DNA from: an uncultured Actinomycetota bacterium
GTDB taxonomy: Bacteria > Actinomycetota > Actinomycetes > S36-B12
Assembly (NCBI GenBank): GCA_963749905.1
Contig: CAVVOF010000003.1
Span: 908,195-972,194 of the forward strand
Reading direction: 5' to 3'
Length of the DNA stretch: 64,000 bases
The notes beneath the pieces were generated by a model that worked only from the letters and a program-made list of their open reading frames with translations, was not told the DNA's origin and searched no databases. Positions 20,375 to 29,605 of the stretch are shown here, piece after piece. The position numbers were made by a program, and so were the translations under genes. How positions within the stretch are numbered: position 1 is the first letter of the stretch; the number at the start of each line of letters is the position of its first letter.

Positions 20375-21789
20375 ACCCGACGCACCACCTGGGTGACGGC
20401 CTCGTCCGGCGAGGGAGCCACCGGCTCAGGTCGACGAGCGCGGTCGGAGATGCGCAGCAGCAAGGCGACGAGGATCCAGTTGGCGATCAGTGACGAGCCG
20501 CCGTAGGACAGGAACGGGGTGGTCAGCCCGGTCAGCGGGATCAGCCGGGTGACGCCGCCGATGATGACGAACACCTGCAGGCCGATGGTGATCGACAGGC
20601 CCGCCGCCACGAGCTGACCGAAGGAGTCCCGCACCGATACCGCCGTGCGCAGGCCGCGCTCGATGAGAATGGCGTAGAGCAGCAGGATCGCGACCAGGCC
20701 GGTGAGCCCGAGCTCCTCCCCGAGGGCCGCGACGATGAAGTCGGTGTTGGCGAACGGCACGAGGTTCGGGAACCCCTGGCCGAGTCCGGCACCGAGGATG
20801 CCTCCGTTGGCCAGCCCGAACAGCGACTGGACGATCTGATAGCCCTCGTTGCCGGCATACGCCCACGGATCCAGCCAGATCGTGACGCGGAGGCGAACGT
20901 GTCCGAAGGAGTAGTAGGCGAGCACCGCCCCGGCCACGAACAGCAGGGCGCCGAGGATGAGCCACGACCGCCGCTGCGTGGCGATGTACAGCATGGTGAC
21001 GAAGAGCCCGAAGAACAGCAGCGATGTGCCCAGGTCGCGCTCGAAGATGAGCACGGCGAGCGAGACCAGCCAGGCGACGATGATCGGCCCGAGGTCCTTG
21101 AGCCGGGGGAAGCCGATACCCAGGACCTTGGTGCGGACCAGTGCCAGCGAGTCGCGCTTCTCGACGAGGTAGCCGGCGAAGAAGATGGTGAGCAGGATCT
21201 TCGCCAGTTCGGCCGGCTGGAACGAGAAGCCCAGCACGCGCACCCACAGCGTCGCCCCGTTGACGGTGGTGCCGATCACCGGCGCCAGCGGCAGGACGAG
21301 AAGGACCAGGCCGGTCAGCCCCAGCGTGTACGTGTACCGCTGCAGGATGCGATGGTCGCGCAGCAGGATCAGCACGGAGACGAAGAGGATGACCGCGACG
21401 GTGAACCACGTCAGTTGCGAGTAGACGTCGGGCGAGGGCGCGGGGTTGCCGTTCAGTTCCGCCCGGCGGGCCGCGGCGATGTCGAGTCGGTAGATCATGA
21501 TCAGCCCGAGGATGGACAGCAGCGTCGCGACGGGCAGCAGGAACGGGTCCGCGTACGACGCCTTCCAACGCGTCACGCCATGCATCACCAGCGACAGCGC
21601 GCCGACCACGCCCGCAGTGATCCACAGGCTGCTCGTCGGCTCCTGCCCGATGGCCCACGTGATCTGCAGGGTGCCGAGCAGGCCGATGCTCCAGGCGAAG
21701 ACGAGCAGGATCAGCTCGACGTTGCGACGACTCGGCTGTCGGCGCGTGGGGCTGGGCACCGAAGGCTGGATCGCTTCAGGGGGGCTCAT
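20371..21789 (-). CDS. rodA: FtsW/RodA/SpoVE family peptidoglycan glycosyltransferase
   Basis: ATG 21789 overlaps the pstP stop (ATGA). MSPPEAIQ...NVELILLVFAWSIGLLG, polytopic. C-terminal GVTRLIPLTGLTTPFLSYGGSSLIANW. Confidence 0.9.
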   Translation of the reverse strand: MSPPEAIQPSVPSPTRRQPSRRNVELILLVFAWSIGLLGTLQITWAIGQEPTSSLWITAGVVGALSLVMHGVTRWKASYADPFLLPVATLLSILGLIMIYRLDIAAARRAELNGNPAPSPDVYSQLTWFTVAVILFVSVLILLRDHRILQRYTYTLGLTGLVLLVLPLAPVIGTTVNGATLWVRVLGFSFQPAELAKILLTIFFAGYLVEKRDSLALVRTKVLGIGFPRLKDLGPIIVAWLVSLAVLIFERDLGTSLLFFGLFVTMLYIATQRRSWLILGALLFVAGAVLAYYSFGHVRLRVTIWLDPWAYAGNEGYQIVQSLFGLANGGILGAGLGQGFPNLVPFANTDFIVAALGEELGLTGLVAILLLYAILIERGLRTAVSVRDSFGQLVAAGLSITIGLQVFVIIGGVTRLIPLTGLTTPFLSYGGSSLIANWILVALLLRISDRARRPEPVAPSPDEAVTQVVRRV

Positions 21790-23147
21790 GCAGGGGCCCC
21801 GGGGCAGCCAGCCGGCGCCAGCGGTCCCTGGCACTCCAGCGCGCGGGCCTGGAGTTCGCTGATGATCCGTTGGGCGTCCGCCTCGTCGGCTGCGGGGATC
21901 CCCTTGCTGACGAGTTCCTGGTCGAAGAACGGCAGCGTGCCGACCTGCAGCCCGGAGTCCGACCAGAGTTCGGACAGCGGGTACCCGAGCAGCGTGCCCT
22001 GGATGCCCTGGTAGACGGCCACCGTGCCGGTCCCGGCGCTGCCGTTCACGGCCACGTACCACTGCGACTCGAGCCAGGCGCTCGCGACGGAGAACACGAC
22101 GACGGCGACCACGACGACCGCCACGACGGCGGCCGCGATGGTGCCCCAGATCCGACGACGTCGATCACGGTCGGTCGGTCGGCTCTCCCGTTCCCGCCGG
22201 CTGGCTGATGCGGGAGCGATGATGTCCGCGTCGATCAGCGGCTGGGGTGCCGTGGGCGGGCCGCCCTCTGCCGGCGGTGGCGCCTCGGGCCGGTCGGGGT
22301 CCGGTTGGGAGTCGTCGGGGAACCGGACGGACGGCAGCCGCAACCGGACGCGGGGCTCACCCGCGGCACCCACGACCACGGGGGCGAACGTCCGATCGGG
22401 CTCGACCACGTCGGGGCCGGGATCCGCCACCTCGACGACGTCGGCGACCACCACGGTCACGTTGTCCGGTGCACCGCGTTCGATGGCCAGCTCGACCATG
22501 CGAGTCACCGTGCCGGTCGGATCGCCGAATGCGAGCAGCCCAGCGATCTCGTCGTTGCTGACCACTCCAGACAGCCCGTCGGTGCAGAGCAGGTAGCGAT
22601 CCCCGGGACGTGCCTCACGCAGGGACAGGTCCGCCTCGACCGGAGTCACGCCGTCGAGCGCCCGCATCAGCAGCGAGCGTCGAGGATGGACGGTGGCCTC
22701 CTCCTCGGTGATCCGCCCGGCGTCGACGAGCGTCTGCACATAGGTGTGATCGTGGGTGATCTGGGTGAGCTCGCCGTCACGGAGCAGGTAGGCGCGGGAG
22801 TCGCCGACGTGGACCACGGCGATGCGGGTGCCGAGCCAGTACAGGCCGGTGATCGTCGTCCCCATGCCGGTCAGGTCGGGGTCCGTGTCGATCTCGTCGG
22901 CAAGGGCATCCCCGACGTCGGCAACCGAGTCGGCGAGCGCGCCGAGGACCTCCGCCGGCTGGGGGGCGTGGACGTCCAGATCAGCGACCGTGGCGACCGC
23001 GATAGCGCTGGCGAGCTCGCCAGCCGCATGTCCGCCCATGCCGTCCGCCACCATCAGCAGGCTCGGTCCGGCGTAACCCGAGTCCTCGTTGCCTTCGCGG
23101 ATCAGACCGACATCCGATCGGGCGGCGTAGCGCAGTTCGAGTGCCAC
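21786..23147 (-). CDS. pstP: PP2C-family Ser/Thr phosphatase PstP
   Basis: RSDVGLIREGNEDSGY..LLMVADGMGGHAAGELAS, LLCTDGLSGVV, then a TM segment and an extracytoplasmic domain. Confidence 0.92.
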   Translation of the reverse strand: MALELRYAARSDVGLIREGNEDSGYAGPSLLMVADGMGGHAAGELASAIAVATVADLDVHAPQPAEVLGALADSVADVGDALADEIDTDPDLTGMGTTITGLYWLGTRIAVVHVGDSRAYLLRDGELTQITHDHTYVQTLVDAGRITEEEATVHPRRSLLMRALDGVTPVEADLSLREARPGDRYLLCTDGLSGVVSNDEIAGLLAFGDPTGTVTRMVELAIERGAPDNVTVVVADVVEVADPGPDVVEPDRTFAPVVVGAAGEPRVRLRLPSVRFPDDSQPDPDRPEAPPPAEGGPPTAPQPLIDADIIAPASASRRERESRPTDRDRRRRIWGTIAAAVVAVVVVAVVVFSVASAWLESQWYVAVNGSAGTGTVAVYQGIQGTLLGYPLSELWSDSGLQVGTLPFFDQELVSKGIPAADEADAQRIISELQARALECQGPLAPAGCPGAPA

Positions 23148-23153
23148 GGCCGC

Positions 23154-23639
23154 CTACTTCTGGATCTGCAGGGTCGTGCGGCCGACCCGCAGCGGTGCGC
23201 CGACCGGAAGGACGGTGGGCGTGGTGATCCGCGTGCGGTCGATCCACGTGCCGTTGGTGGAGCCGAGGTCCTCGACGACCCAGGAGCCCTCGGCCGGGTA
23301 GATGCGGGCATGCCGACTGGAGGCGTAGTCGTCCTCGATGATCAGCGTCGAGTCCTCCGCGCGGCCGATGGTGATCTGGACGTCGCCCAGTGGGATCACG
23401 GTCCCCTGCAGCGGGCCCTCGATCACGACGAGCTTGCTGCCCTTCACCTTCTGCTGCTTCGCCACCTTCGGGGGCTTGGGTGGCTTGGGGGCGCGTGCGG
23501 CGCGGCGCTGTCGGCCGGCGGGCTTGGCCTCTGCGGGCATGCGCAGGTCCCGGCGCAGCACGAGGATGGTGAGGAGCACGAACGACCACAGCAGCGTGAG
23601 GAATCCCAGCCGCACGAGGGTGAGCGCAAGCTCCGACAC
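23154..23639 (-). CDS. fhaB: FHA domain-containing protein FhaB/FipA
   Basis: N-terminal TM, basic linker, FHA core ITIGRAEDSTLIIEDDYASSRHARIY..WVVEDLGSTNGTWID. Confidence 0.87.
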   Translation of the reverse strand: MSELALTLVRLGFLTLLWSFVLLTILVLRRDLRMPAEAKPAGRQRRAARAPKPPKPPKVAKQQKVKGSKLVVIEGPLQGTVIPLGDVQITIGRAEDSTLIIEDDYASSRHARIYPAEGSWVVEDLGSTNGTWIDRTRITTPTVLPVGAPLRVGRTTLQIQK

Positions 23640-23642
23640 GGG

Positions 23643-24329
23643 TCAGCCGCTCCGGAACACCAGTTGCGTGGTCCCGATGGTGATCGTGGAGCCATCGGTG
23701 AGCTCGCGCTGCGAGACCTTCTGGCCATCCACGTACGTGCCGTTGGTCGAGCTCAGGTCCCGCAGCAGGACCGGCTGGCCGAGGACGATCTCGCAGTGGT
23801 TGCGGGACGCCCCGGGATCATCGATGCGGATGTCGGTGTCACTGCCCCGGCCGAGTCGGCTGACCGCGCGCACCAGGGGGTAGGCGGTGCCGGACACCTC
23901 CAGCCGTGGCTGACGGACGTCCACGTCCACGGCCTGCTGGCTGCCCGCCGCCCGCACTTCCGCCTGGGCCTCGCTGCGAATGCGGAAGATGCCGGTCTCG
24001 AGCTCGTCGTCCTGGCTCAGCAGCACGTCGACCGGACCGAGCAGGGTGTAGCCCTGCTCGGCGCCGTAGTCGCGAACCAGGGTGGACAGCTCTGTCTGCA
24101 GGGCGTCCTTGAAGACGGCCAGCCGCCGGTAGTCGTGCTGCGAGAGCTCGACATGGAACACGTTCGGGATGACGGTGCGGGCGCGATCGATCACCGCCGC
24201 GCGATCGTTGATCTCGCGCTGGAGGGCGGAGGCGATCTCCACCGGCTGCACCTCTGCCTTGAACGCCCGGGCGAACGCGCCGTTGACGAGTCGGTCGAGG
24301 GAGTCCTCGAACCGTTCCAGCAGTCCCAC
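23643..24329 (-). CDS. fhaA: FHA domain-containing protein FhaA (DUF3662 + FHA)
   Basis: GTG 24329 after GGAGGA. VGLLERFEDSLDRLVNGAFARAFKAEVQPVEIASALQRE. C-terminal FHA SRLGRGSDTDIRIDDPGASRNHCEI...LSSTNGTYVDG. Confidence 0.87.
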   Translation of the reverse strand: MGLLERFEDSLDRLVNGAFARAFKAEVQPVEIASALQREINDRAAVIDRARTVIPNVFHVELSQHDYRRLAVFKDALQTELSTLVRDYGAEQGYTLLGPVDVLLSQDDELETGIFRIRSEAQAEVRAAGSQQAVDVDVRQPRLEVSGTAYPLVRAVSRLGRGSDTDIRIDDPGASRNHCEIVLGQPVLLRDLSSTNGTYVDGQKVSQRELTDGSTITIGTTQLVFRSG

Positions 24330-24482
24330 GGGTCCTCCGCATCCGGGCAGCAGTACGAGCGCCAGTGATGACCAGCGTCGGTCGATGCTAACCCGCGCGG
24401 ATGCTGCGATCGGGGACGCGCACCGGCGCACACCCGCGGTACTGAGGGGCGTCGTGCGGCCTGTAGGCTTCTCCCGCTACAC

Positions 24483-24566
24483 GCGCGAGTGGCGGAATAG
24501 GCAGACGCGCACGGTTCAGGTCCGTGTGCCCGAAAGGGCGTGGGGGTTCAACTCCCCCCTCGCGCA
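24483..24566 (+). tRNA. tRNA-Leu (anticodon CAG)
   Basis: Acceptor GCGCGAG/CTCGCGC, anticodon arm CACGG-TTCAGGT-CCGTG, long variable arm GCCC-GAAA-GGGC, T arm GGGGG-TTCAACT-CCCCC. Divergent from fhaA as in other actinobacteria. Confidence 0.87.
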
Positions 24567-24570
24567 CCCA

Positions 24571-24616
24571 GCAAGAAGGCTCCCGCCTCACCCATCGGTG
24601 AGGGGGAGCCTTCTGC
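24571..24616. terminator. Imperfect ~19-bp hairpin after tRNA-Leu and the DUF1059 gene
   Basis: GCAAGAAGGCTCCCGCCTCACC-CATC-GGTGAGGGGGAGCCTTCTGC (one bulge, one mismatch) between tRNA-Leu (+) and the stop of the minus-strand DUF1059 gene. Confidence 0.5.
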
Positions 24617-24649
24617 GTTGCCGGGGGACCCTGCTCGGCAGGTGCCGGA

Positions 24650-24886
24650 TCAGGCATCCGGAAGGGCAGCGAACGTGGCCTTCATCTCCCGGTACCAGTC
24701 CATCGACTTCTTCGGGTGCCGCCAGCGTCCCTTCATCGCATCTCGGGCGGCCTCATGCGTGGAGTCGCCGGCCGCGACGGCGTCTTTCAGGTGCCGGTCC
24801 TGCGCGTTGATCACGTCGTCGGCTGATTCACCCAGGTGCGCGACATCGCAGGGGCCGCCCAACTGCTTGCAGGTCATGGTCTTCAT
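24650..24886 (-). CDS. DUF1059 domain-containing small protein
   Basis: MKTMTCKQLGGPCDVAHLGESADDVINAQDRHLKDAVAAGDSTHEAARDAMKGRW... matches my recollection of DUF1059 (MKxxxCxDxGxxC...). Confidence 0.7.
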   Translation of the reverse strand: MKTMTCKQLGGPCDVAHLGESADDVINAQDRHLKDAVAAGDSTHEAARDAMKGRWRHPKKSMDWYREMKATFAALPDA

Positions 24887-25746
24887 CGGTCATCCTTTCG
24901 AGAGGGTGTGCGTCGTGAGTCCTGCCGCTTGGTGATCCCAGCCAGCACCGTCGGCTCCGCGCGGAAGGTGATGACGGCGACCACGCCGTTCTTGATGGTG
25001 AAGTCGAATGCCACGCGAGCTTCGCTGCGATGGAACCAGGCCGCACCAGGCCGCCCATCGATGAAGGCTGGCAGCGCTGCCTTGGCGGCACCGTTGAAGA
25101 ACGCGGCGACCTCATGGCGCCCAACGATGCTTGCCGGGGTCCCGGCCGCCACGGCATCGAGGTCCGCAGCGAGGGCAGCATCAGGCGCGAGCAAGAGGAG
25201 AAGCCTCTCGAAGTCGCCGTTTCGCGCTGCGGACAGGAAGGCATCGACCACCTCCCAATCGGCCAGCGGATCCTCGACCCTCGGCTGGCCGACCTTGGCT
25301 CGGGCGCGTGAGGCCAGCTTTCGGGCAGCGGCGGGAGAGGTGTCCAGCAGAGTCGCGATGGTGGTGAACTCAAACCCGAAGGTGTCATGCAGGATGAACG
25401 AGACTCGCTCGGATGGGGTGAGCCGGTCCAGCACGACCTGAAGGGCCTGCCCGACTGTCTCCGCAAGGACGACCTCGTCCGCGGGGTCCGGGTCCACGTC
25501 CCCGTCGACTTCTCGGATCTCCTCGTCCTCGACAGGCAGTGGGACGCGAGCGCGCAACCGGTCCAGGCACAGCCGCGTGGTGACGGTGGTGAGCCACGCC
25601 GGCACGTCGTCGACGGAGTCCGTGCGGTCGAGTCGCATCCACGCCTGCTGGACGACGTCCTCGGCCTCCATTCGGTCGCCCAGGATGCGGGACGCGATCC
25701 TGACAAGGCGGTCTCGCTCGCTCATGAAGCTCGCTGTGCGGTCCAC
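24883..25746 (-). CDS. ECF sigma factor with C-terminal SnoaL-like extension (SigJ / ECF41 type)
   Basis: Region 2 DVVQQAWMRLDR..WLTTVTTRLCLDRLR. Region 4 LTPSERVSFILHDTFGFEFTTIATLLDTSPAAARKLASRAR. About 110-aa C-terminal extension. 4-nt overlap with the DUF1059 gene. Confidence 0.8.
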   Translation of the reverse strand: MDRTASFMSERDRLVRIASRILGDRMEAEDVVQQAWMRLDRTDSVDDVPAWLTTVTTRLCLDRLRARVPLPVEDEEIREVDGDVDPDPADEVVLAETVGQALQVVLDRLTPSERVSFILHDTFGFEFTTIATLLDTSPAAARKLASRARAKVGQPRVEDPLADWEVVDAFLSAARNGDFERLLLLLAPDAALAADLDAVAAGTPASIVGRHEVAAFFNGAAKAALPAFIDGRPGAAWFHRSEARVAFDFTIKNGVVAVITFRAEPTVLAGITKRQDSRRTPSRKDDR

Positions 25747-25838
25747 GGTCTCCTCCTTCCCCTACTTGGGGTATGACGTTGGAGCGGCCCCAAGTGTGAC
25801 CGCTGGGGACGCACCGTGGGCGCACCATGGGCTCCGGC

Positions 25839-25869
25839 GAGGGAGTTCGACTTCCCCCCTCGCGCACCA
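25839..25869 (+). repeat. Decayed duplicate of the tRNA-Leu 3' end (T arm + acceptor)
   Basis: GAGGGAGTTCGACTTCCCCCCTCGCGCACCA versus the tRNA 3' end GTGGGGGTTCAACTCCCCCCTCGCGCACCC. Shared exact core CCCCCCTCGCGCACC. No matching 5' half upstream. Confidence 0.55.
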
Positions 25870-25873
25870 CACC

Positions 25874-25901
25874 GAGACCCCGGTCCGAGGACCGGGGTCT
25901 C
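25874..25901. terminator. 13-bp perfect palindromic hairpin following the tRNA remnant
   Basis: GAGACCCCGGTCC-GA-GGACCGGGGTCTC followed by GTGCTTTCGG. It sits in the divergent spacer between the sigma gene and the transglycosylase gene. Confidence 0.5.
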
Positions 25902-25933
25902 GTGCTTTCGGCCTCGGGCGGGACACTCTTCCC

Positions 25934-27193
25934 ATGCACTCGGCGATGCGCGCAGCGGCGACGGCCTGTGCGGCCGCCGTGCTGTGGGGTGTCGCGGTGC
26001 CGGCGGAGGCATCATCAGGAACAGCCAACGAGACGAAGAGCCTGTCGTTCATCGATGCGCTGTCGGCCATTCCTGAGGCCTCGAAGCAGGTGGCGCGGAC
26101 AAGGAAGGCGATCCCTCCTCTGGTGGCGAGCTTCGACCGGGCCTACGCAGGCGCGAAGGCACAGAAGGACCGGGTGGCGGCGGCCAGCGACGGGCTGCAC
26201 GAGGCGATCGTCGTCAGGACCCGGGCGGAGTTGGCGGTCCAGGGTTCCCAGGAGTCGATCGACGACTCGGCGCGCGTGATGTACACCAGTGGCGGCTCGG
26301 TGCCGACCCTGCCCGAGGTCCTGCTGACGGCCGACTCGCCGGTGGGACTGGCGCAGAGCCTGTTCACCCGGCAGTACCTCACCAGTGTTGCCGGAGCGAC
26401 GGTCGCGCGTCGGCTTCGGGCTGAGCAAGCGGTCGTTGCCGCCGTGCAGGCCGGTGTTCAGAGCCTGGAGCAGCACACAGCTGAAGCGGTGCGCGCGGCC
26501 GCGGCCGACGCCGCAGCGGTCGCCGCGGCGCGGGAACTCACCACCGCCCGCAAGGCCGTCGTCGATGCGCGGGCCTACTACCGCAAGCTCATGCGTATCA
26601 CCAGCGTCGATCGCAGCGCGGAGTACGGCAAGGTCAAGAAGTGCGGCGACTGGGTGACCAAGCTGCTGTCCCGGTCGGGATTCGAGGGCGAGGACCTGCG
26701 CGAGGCGTGGGCCATCGTGATGCGGGAGAGCGGCGGACGCGAGGACGCCATCTCCGTCTCCAATGACCTGGGCCTGTTCCAGATCAACACGGCGACGTGG
26801 CGGGGCCAGCCGTGGTTCAACCGCAAGGAGCTGCTGACGCGCAAGTACAACGCGAAGATCGGCCACCTGCTCTCGCAGGGCGGAAGGTCTTGGTACAGCT
26901 GGGGACTGGACGGGCACGGCCGACCGGACGCACGCGCCTACGTCAAGGCCGGTTGGACCCCGGAGCACATCATGTCGTCGATCGTGCGGCCCTACATCGC
27001 GTGGTACCAGCAGTACCCGTGCCGACCCTCTTACGAGAGCGGCTACCCCTATGCGCTACCCGCGCCACGAGCGGACGAGAAGCCTGGCGCCGATGACCAG
27101 TACGCGGGTGACGGCCTGCTCCCGGGCCAGCGACCGACGGATGACGACGAGAGCCTGGAGTCCGACGCAGCGCAGGCCGGGAGCGGCACATGA
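25934..27193 (+). CDS. Secreted protein: coiled-coil N-region + lytic transglycosylase (SLT-like) domain
   Basis: Signal-like MHSAMRAAATACAAAVLWGVAVPAEA. Ala-rich helical region. WAIVMRESGGREDAISVSNDLGLFQINTATW (E-S...GLxQ pattern). Start could be the ATG 12 nt downstream. Confidence 0.7.
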   Translation: MHSAMRAAATACAAAVLWGVAVPAEASSGTANETKSLSFIDALSAIPEASKQVARTRKAIPPLVASFDRAYAGAKAQKDRVAAASDGLHEAIVVRTRAELAVQGSQESIDDSARVMYTSGGSVPTLPEVLLTADSPVGLAQSLFTRQYLTSVAGATVARRLRAEQAVVAAVQAGVQSLEQHTAEAVRAAAADAAAVAAARELTTARKAVVDARAYYRKLMRITSVDRSAEYGKVKKCGDWVTKLLSRSGFEGEDLREAWAIVMRESGGREDAISVSNDLGLFQINTATWRGQPWFNRKELLTRKYNAKIGHLLSQGGRSWYSWGLDGHGRPDARAYVKAGWTPEHIMSSIVRPYIAWYQQYPCRPSYESGYPYALPAPRADEKPGADDQYAGDGLLPGQRPTDDDESLESDAAQAGSGT

Positions 27194-28227
27194 CGGAGAT
27201 CCGTGCGGTCGCTTGGGACCCGACTGCGGCCTGCGTCGTGCTCCTCGACCAGACCCGGCTGCCGCAGGAGGTCGAGTGGGTGCGCTGCACGTCGGTCGCG
27301 GACCTGGTCGATGCGATCCAGCGGCTGGTGGTGCGAGGCGCTCCGGCGCTGGGTGTCGCCGGCGCCTACGGGGTGGCCCTCGCACTCGCGCAGGCAGACC
27401 GGGAGGGCTGGGACGAGGACCGACTGTCTGCGGAACTGGCGAGCCTTCGGCAGGCGCGCCCTACCGCGGTGAACCTGTCCTGGGGTGTCGACCAGGCCGT
27501 GGAGGTACGTGATCGGGGTCCCCATGCCGCAGCCGAGGTCGCCGCTCGGATCGCCGCCGAGGATGAGACCGCCAACCGGGCGTTGTCTGGACTCGGCGCC
27601 GACTGGATCCAGCAGCGGATCGGCCGCCCAACCCTGCGGATCCTCACGCACTGCAACACCGGGGCACTGGCCACGGCGGGATGGGGCACCGCCCTCGGCA
27701 TCGTCCGCGAGCTCCATGCGAGGGGCGCCGTCGAGCTCGTCTACGTGGACGAGACTCGCCCGTTGCTGCAGGGGTCCCGGCTGACCGCCTGGGAGCTTCA
27801 GCAGGAGGGCATCCCTTATGTCGTCCAGCCCGACGGGGCGGCGGCGTCCACCATCCTGCGTGGCTTGGTCGACGTGGCCATCGTGGGCGCCGACCGGATC
27901 GCGCGGAATGGTGACGTCGCCAACAAGCTCGGCACGCTGGGGGTGGCCCTGGCGGCAGCTGACGCAGGGATCCCGTTCGTGGTCGCGGCTCCGTCGACGA
28001 CTCTCGACCCGCTCACCGGAACGGGCGCCGACATCCCCATCGAGGAGAGGACGGCGTCCGAGGTGCTCGAAGTCGGCGGTAGGCAGGTCGCCCCTGCCGG
28101 GGCGAGGGCGTTCAATCCGGCATTCGACGTGACGCCGCATCGACTCATCACTGCCATTGTCACCGAGGGCGGCGTGGTGGACCCGCGATCGGACGGGGTC
28201 GTGGACTGGAAGGGGGAGGCGGGATGA
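27190..28227 (+). CDS. mtnA: S-methyl-5-thioribose-1-phosphate isomerase
   Basis: LDQTRLPQEVEWVRC, VRGAPALGVAGAYGVALA, RPTAVNLSWGV, THCNTGALATAGWGTALG, GADRIARNGDVANKLGT. Confidence 0.9.
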   Translation: MTEIRAVAWDPTAACVVLLDQTRLPQEVEWVRCTSVADLVDAIQRLVVRGAPALGVAGAYGVALALAQADREGWDEDRLSAELASLRQARPTAVNLSWGVDQAVEVRDRGPHAAAEVAARIAAEDETANRALSGLGADWIQQRIGRPTLRILTHCNTGALATAGWGTALGIVRELHARGAVELVYVDETRPLLQGSRLTAWELQQEGIPYVVQPDGAAASTILRGLVDVAIVGADRIARNGDVANKLGTLGVALAAADAGIPFVVAAPSTTLDPLTGTGADIPIEERTASEVLEVGGRQVAPAGARAFNPAFDVTPHRLITAIVTEGGVVDPRSDGVVDWKGEAG

Positions 28228-28868
28228 CCGCCGCTGCAGAGCAGCTCCATGAAGCGATGCGCTTGCTTGCCCAGCGCGGCCTGAACAGCGGGACGTCGGG
28301 AAACGTGTCCATCCGGATCGAGGGAGGCTTCCTCGTCACCCCGTCCGCCGTCGCTCCCGAGCAGTTGTCCCCCGCGGGAATGGTCGACCTTGCGTGGAAC
28401 GGGCGCACTCGGTCTGCGGGCATCCCATCCACGGAATGGCGGATCCATCGGGACGTGTATGCCGCGCTTCCCGGGGCGGGCGCGATCGTGCACACCCACT
28501 CGACGTACGCGACGGCCCTCGCCAGCCTGCGTGAGGACCTGCCGCCGTTCCACTATCTGGTGGGCAAGGCAGGTGGGCACCGTGTCCACTGCGCGGAGTT
28601 CGCCACCTACGGAACGCAAGCCCTGTCGGACGCGGTCGTCGCTGCCCTGGGCGATCGCCGCGCCTGCCTGATGGCGAACCACGGAATGCTGGCCTACGGC
28701 CCCGACCTGGCGTCCGCGGTGTCGCTCGCGACGGAGATCGAGGTGCTGTGCCGGCAGTACCTGATCGCGCGTTCGGCCGGTCGGCCGGTCCTGCTGACCG
28801 CCCAGCAGATGGACGAGGCCATCGCGAAGTTCGCCAAGTACGGAACGGCGGAGGATGACGAATCGTGA
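28224..28868 (+). CDS. Class II aldolase/adducin-domain protein (MtnB dehydratase-like or 5-methylthioribulose-1-P aldolase-like)
   Basis: GLNSGTSGNVSIRIEGGFLVTPS, EWRIHRDVY, GAIVHTHSTYATALA, MANHGMLAYGPDLASAV. Confidence 0.8.
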   Translation: MTAAAEQLHEAMRLLAQRGLNSGTSGNVSIRIEGGFLVTPSAVAPEQLSPAGMVDLAWNGRTRSAGIPSTEWRIHRDVYAALPGAGAIVHTHSTYATALASLREDLPPFHYLVGKAGGHRVHCAEFATYGTQALSDAVVAALGDRRACLMANHGMLAYGPDLASAVSLATEIEVLCRQYLIARSAGRPVLLTAQQMDEAIAKFAKYGTAEDDES

Positions 28869-29605
28869 GTGACGGGGCGCTCGGTGTCATCGCGGGGACC
28901 GGCTTCCAGGACCTGACCGGGCTGGCGAGTGCCGACAGCCTGCGCGTGGAGACGGCGTTCGGGCCGGTGGACGTGACGGTCGGCAGGCTGCACGGCCGGC
29001 GCACGGTGTTCGTGACCAGGCACGGGTCCGGTCACACCGTTCCGCCGCACCGGATCAACTTCCGCGCGCTGATCCAGAGTCTGGTCGATCTTGGCGTCAC
29101 GGAGGTGCTGGCCGTCAACGTCGTCGGCGGCATCGGCCTCGAGAGCGGTCAGCTCGTGGTGATCGACGATTTCATCGACTTCACCTCGGGTCGGGAGTCG
29201 ACCTTCTTCGACGGCGGGCCCCCGGACGGCGTGGTGCACGTCGACGTGACGGAGCCATACGACGCACGGCTGCGGGCGACGTGGATCGAGGCGGCCGACG
29301 CGCTGCGCGTTCCGGTCGTCGAGCGGGGTGTCTATGGGGCCTTCAACGGACCGAGGTTCGAGACCCGCGCGGAGATCCGGATGGCGGCGGGGTTGGGCGT
29401 GACCGTGGTGGGCATGACCGGTGTGCCGGAGGTGGTGCTGGCCAACGAGCGCGGACTGCCGTACTCGGCCCTGTGCCTGGTGGCGAACCCGGCCGCGGGG
29501 CTGGGACCTGAGATCACCATCGACGCGATCCTCGAGGAGATCGCGCGGGGAGCAGCGACGGTGCAGTCGGTCATCGTCGAGGCTGCCCGAAGGCTGGCGA
29601 CGTGA
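28865..29605 (+). CDS. mtnP: S-methyl-5'-thioadenosine (or thioinosine) phosphorylase
   Basis: GVIAGTGF, VFVTRHGSGHTVPPHRINFRALI, GPRFETRAEIRM, GMTGVPEVVLANERGLPY. GTG start overlaps the upstream stop by 4 nt. Confidence 0.85.
   Translation: MSDGALGVIAGTGFQDLTGLASADSLRVETAFGPVDVTVGRLHGRRTVFVTRHGSGHTVPPHRINFRALIQSLVDLGVTEVLAVNVVGGIGLESGQLVVIDDFIDFTSGRESTFFDGGPPDGVVHVDVTEPYDARLRATWIEAADALRVPVVERGVYGAFNGPRFETRAEIRMAAGLGVTVVGMTGVPEVVLANERGLPYSALCLVANPAAGLGPEITIDAILEEIARGAATVQSVIVEAARRLAT

Noticed and set aside
25839-25869. A second functional tRNA gene.
   Set aside because: No complementary 5' acceptor strand, D arm or anticodon arm lies upstream. The T stem is mispaired and there is a 1-nt insertion.
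25747-25933. Possible c-di-AMP (ydaO-type) riboswitch or attenuator in front of the lytic transglycosylase gene, suggested by a strong hairpin just upstream of the start codon.
   Set aside because: I could not find the conserved ydaO sequence blocks I remember. The segment is better explained as a displaced tRNA-Leu 3' end plus its original terminator. A covariance-model scan would be decisive.
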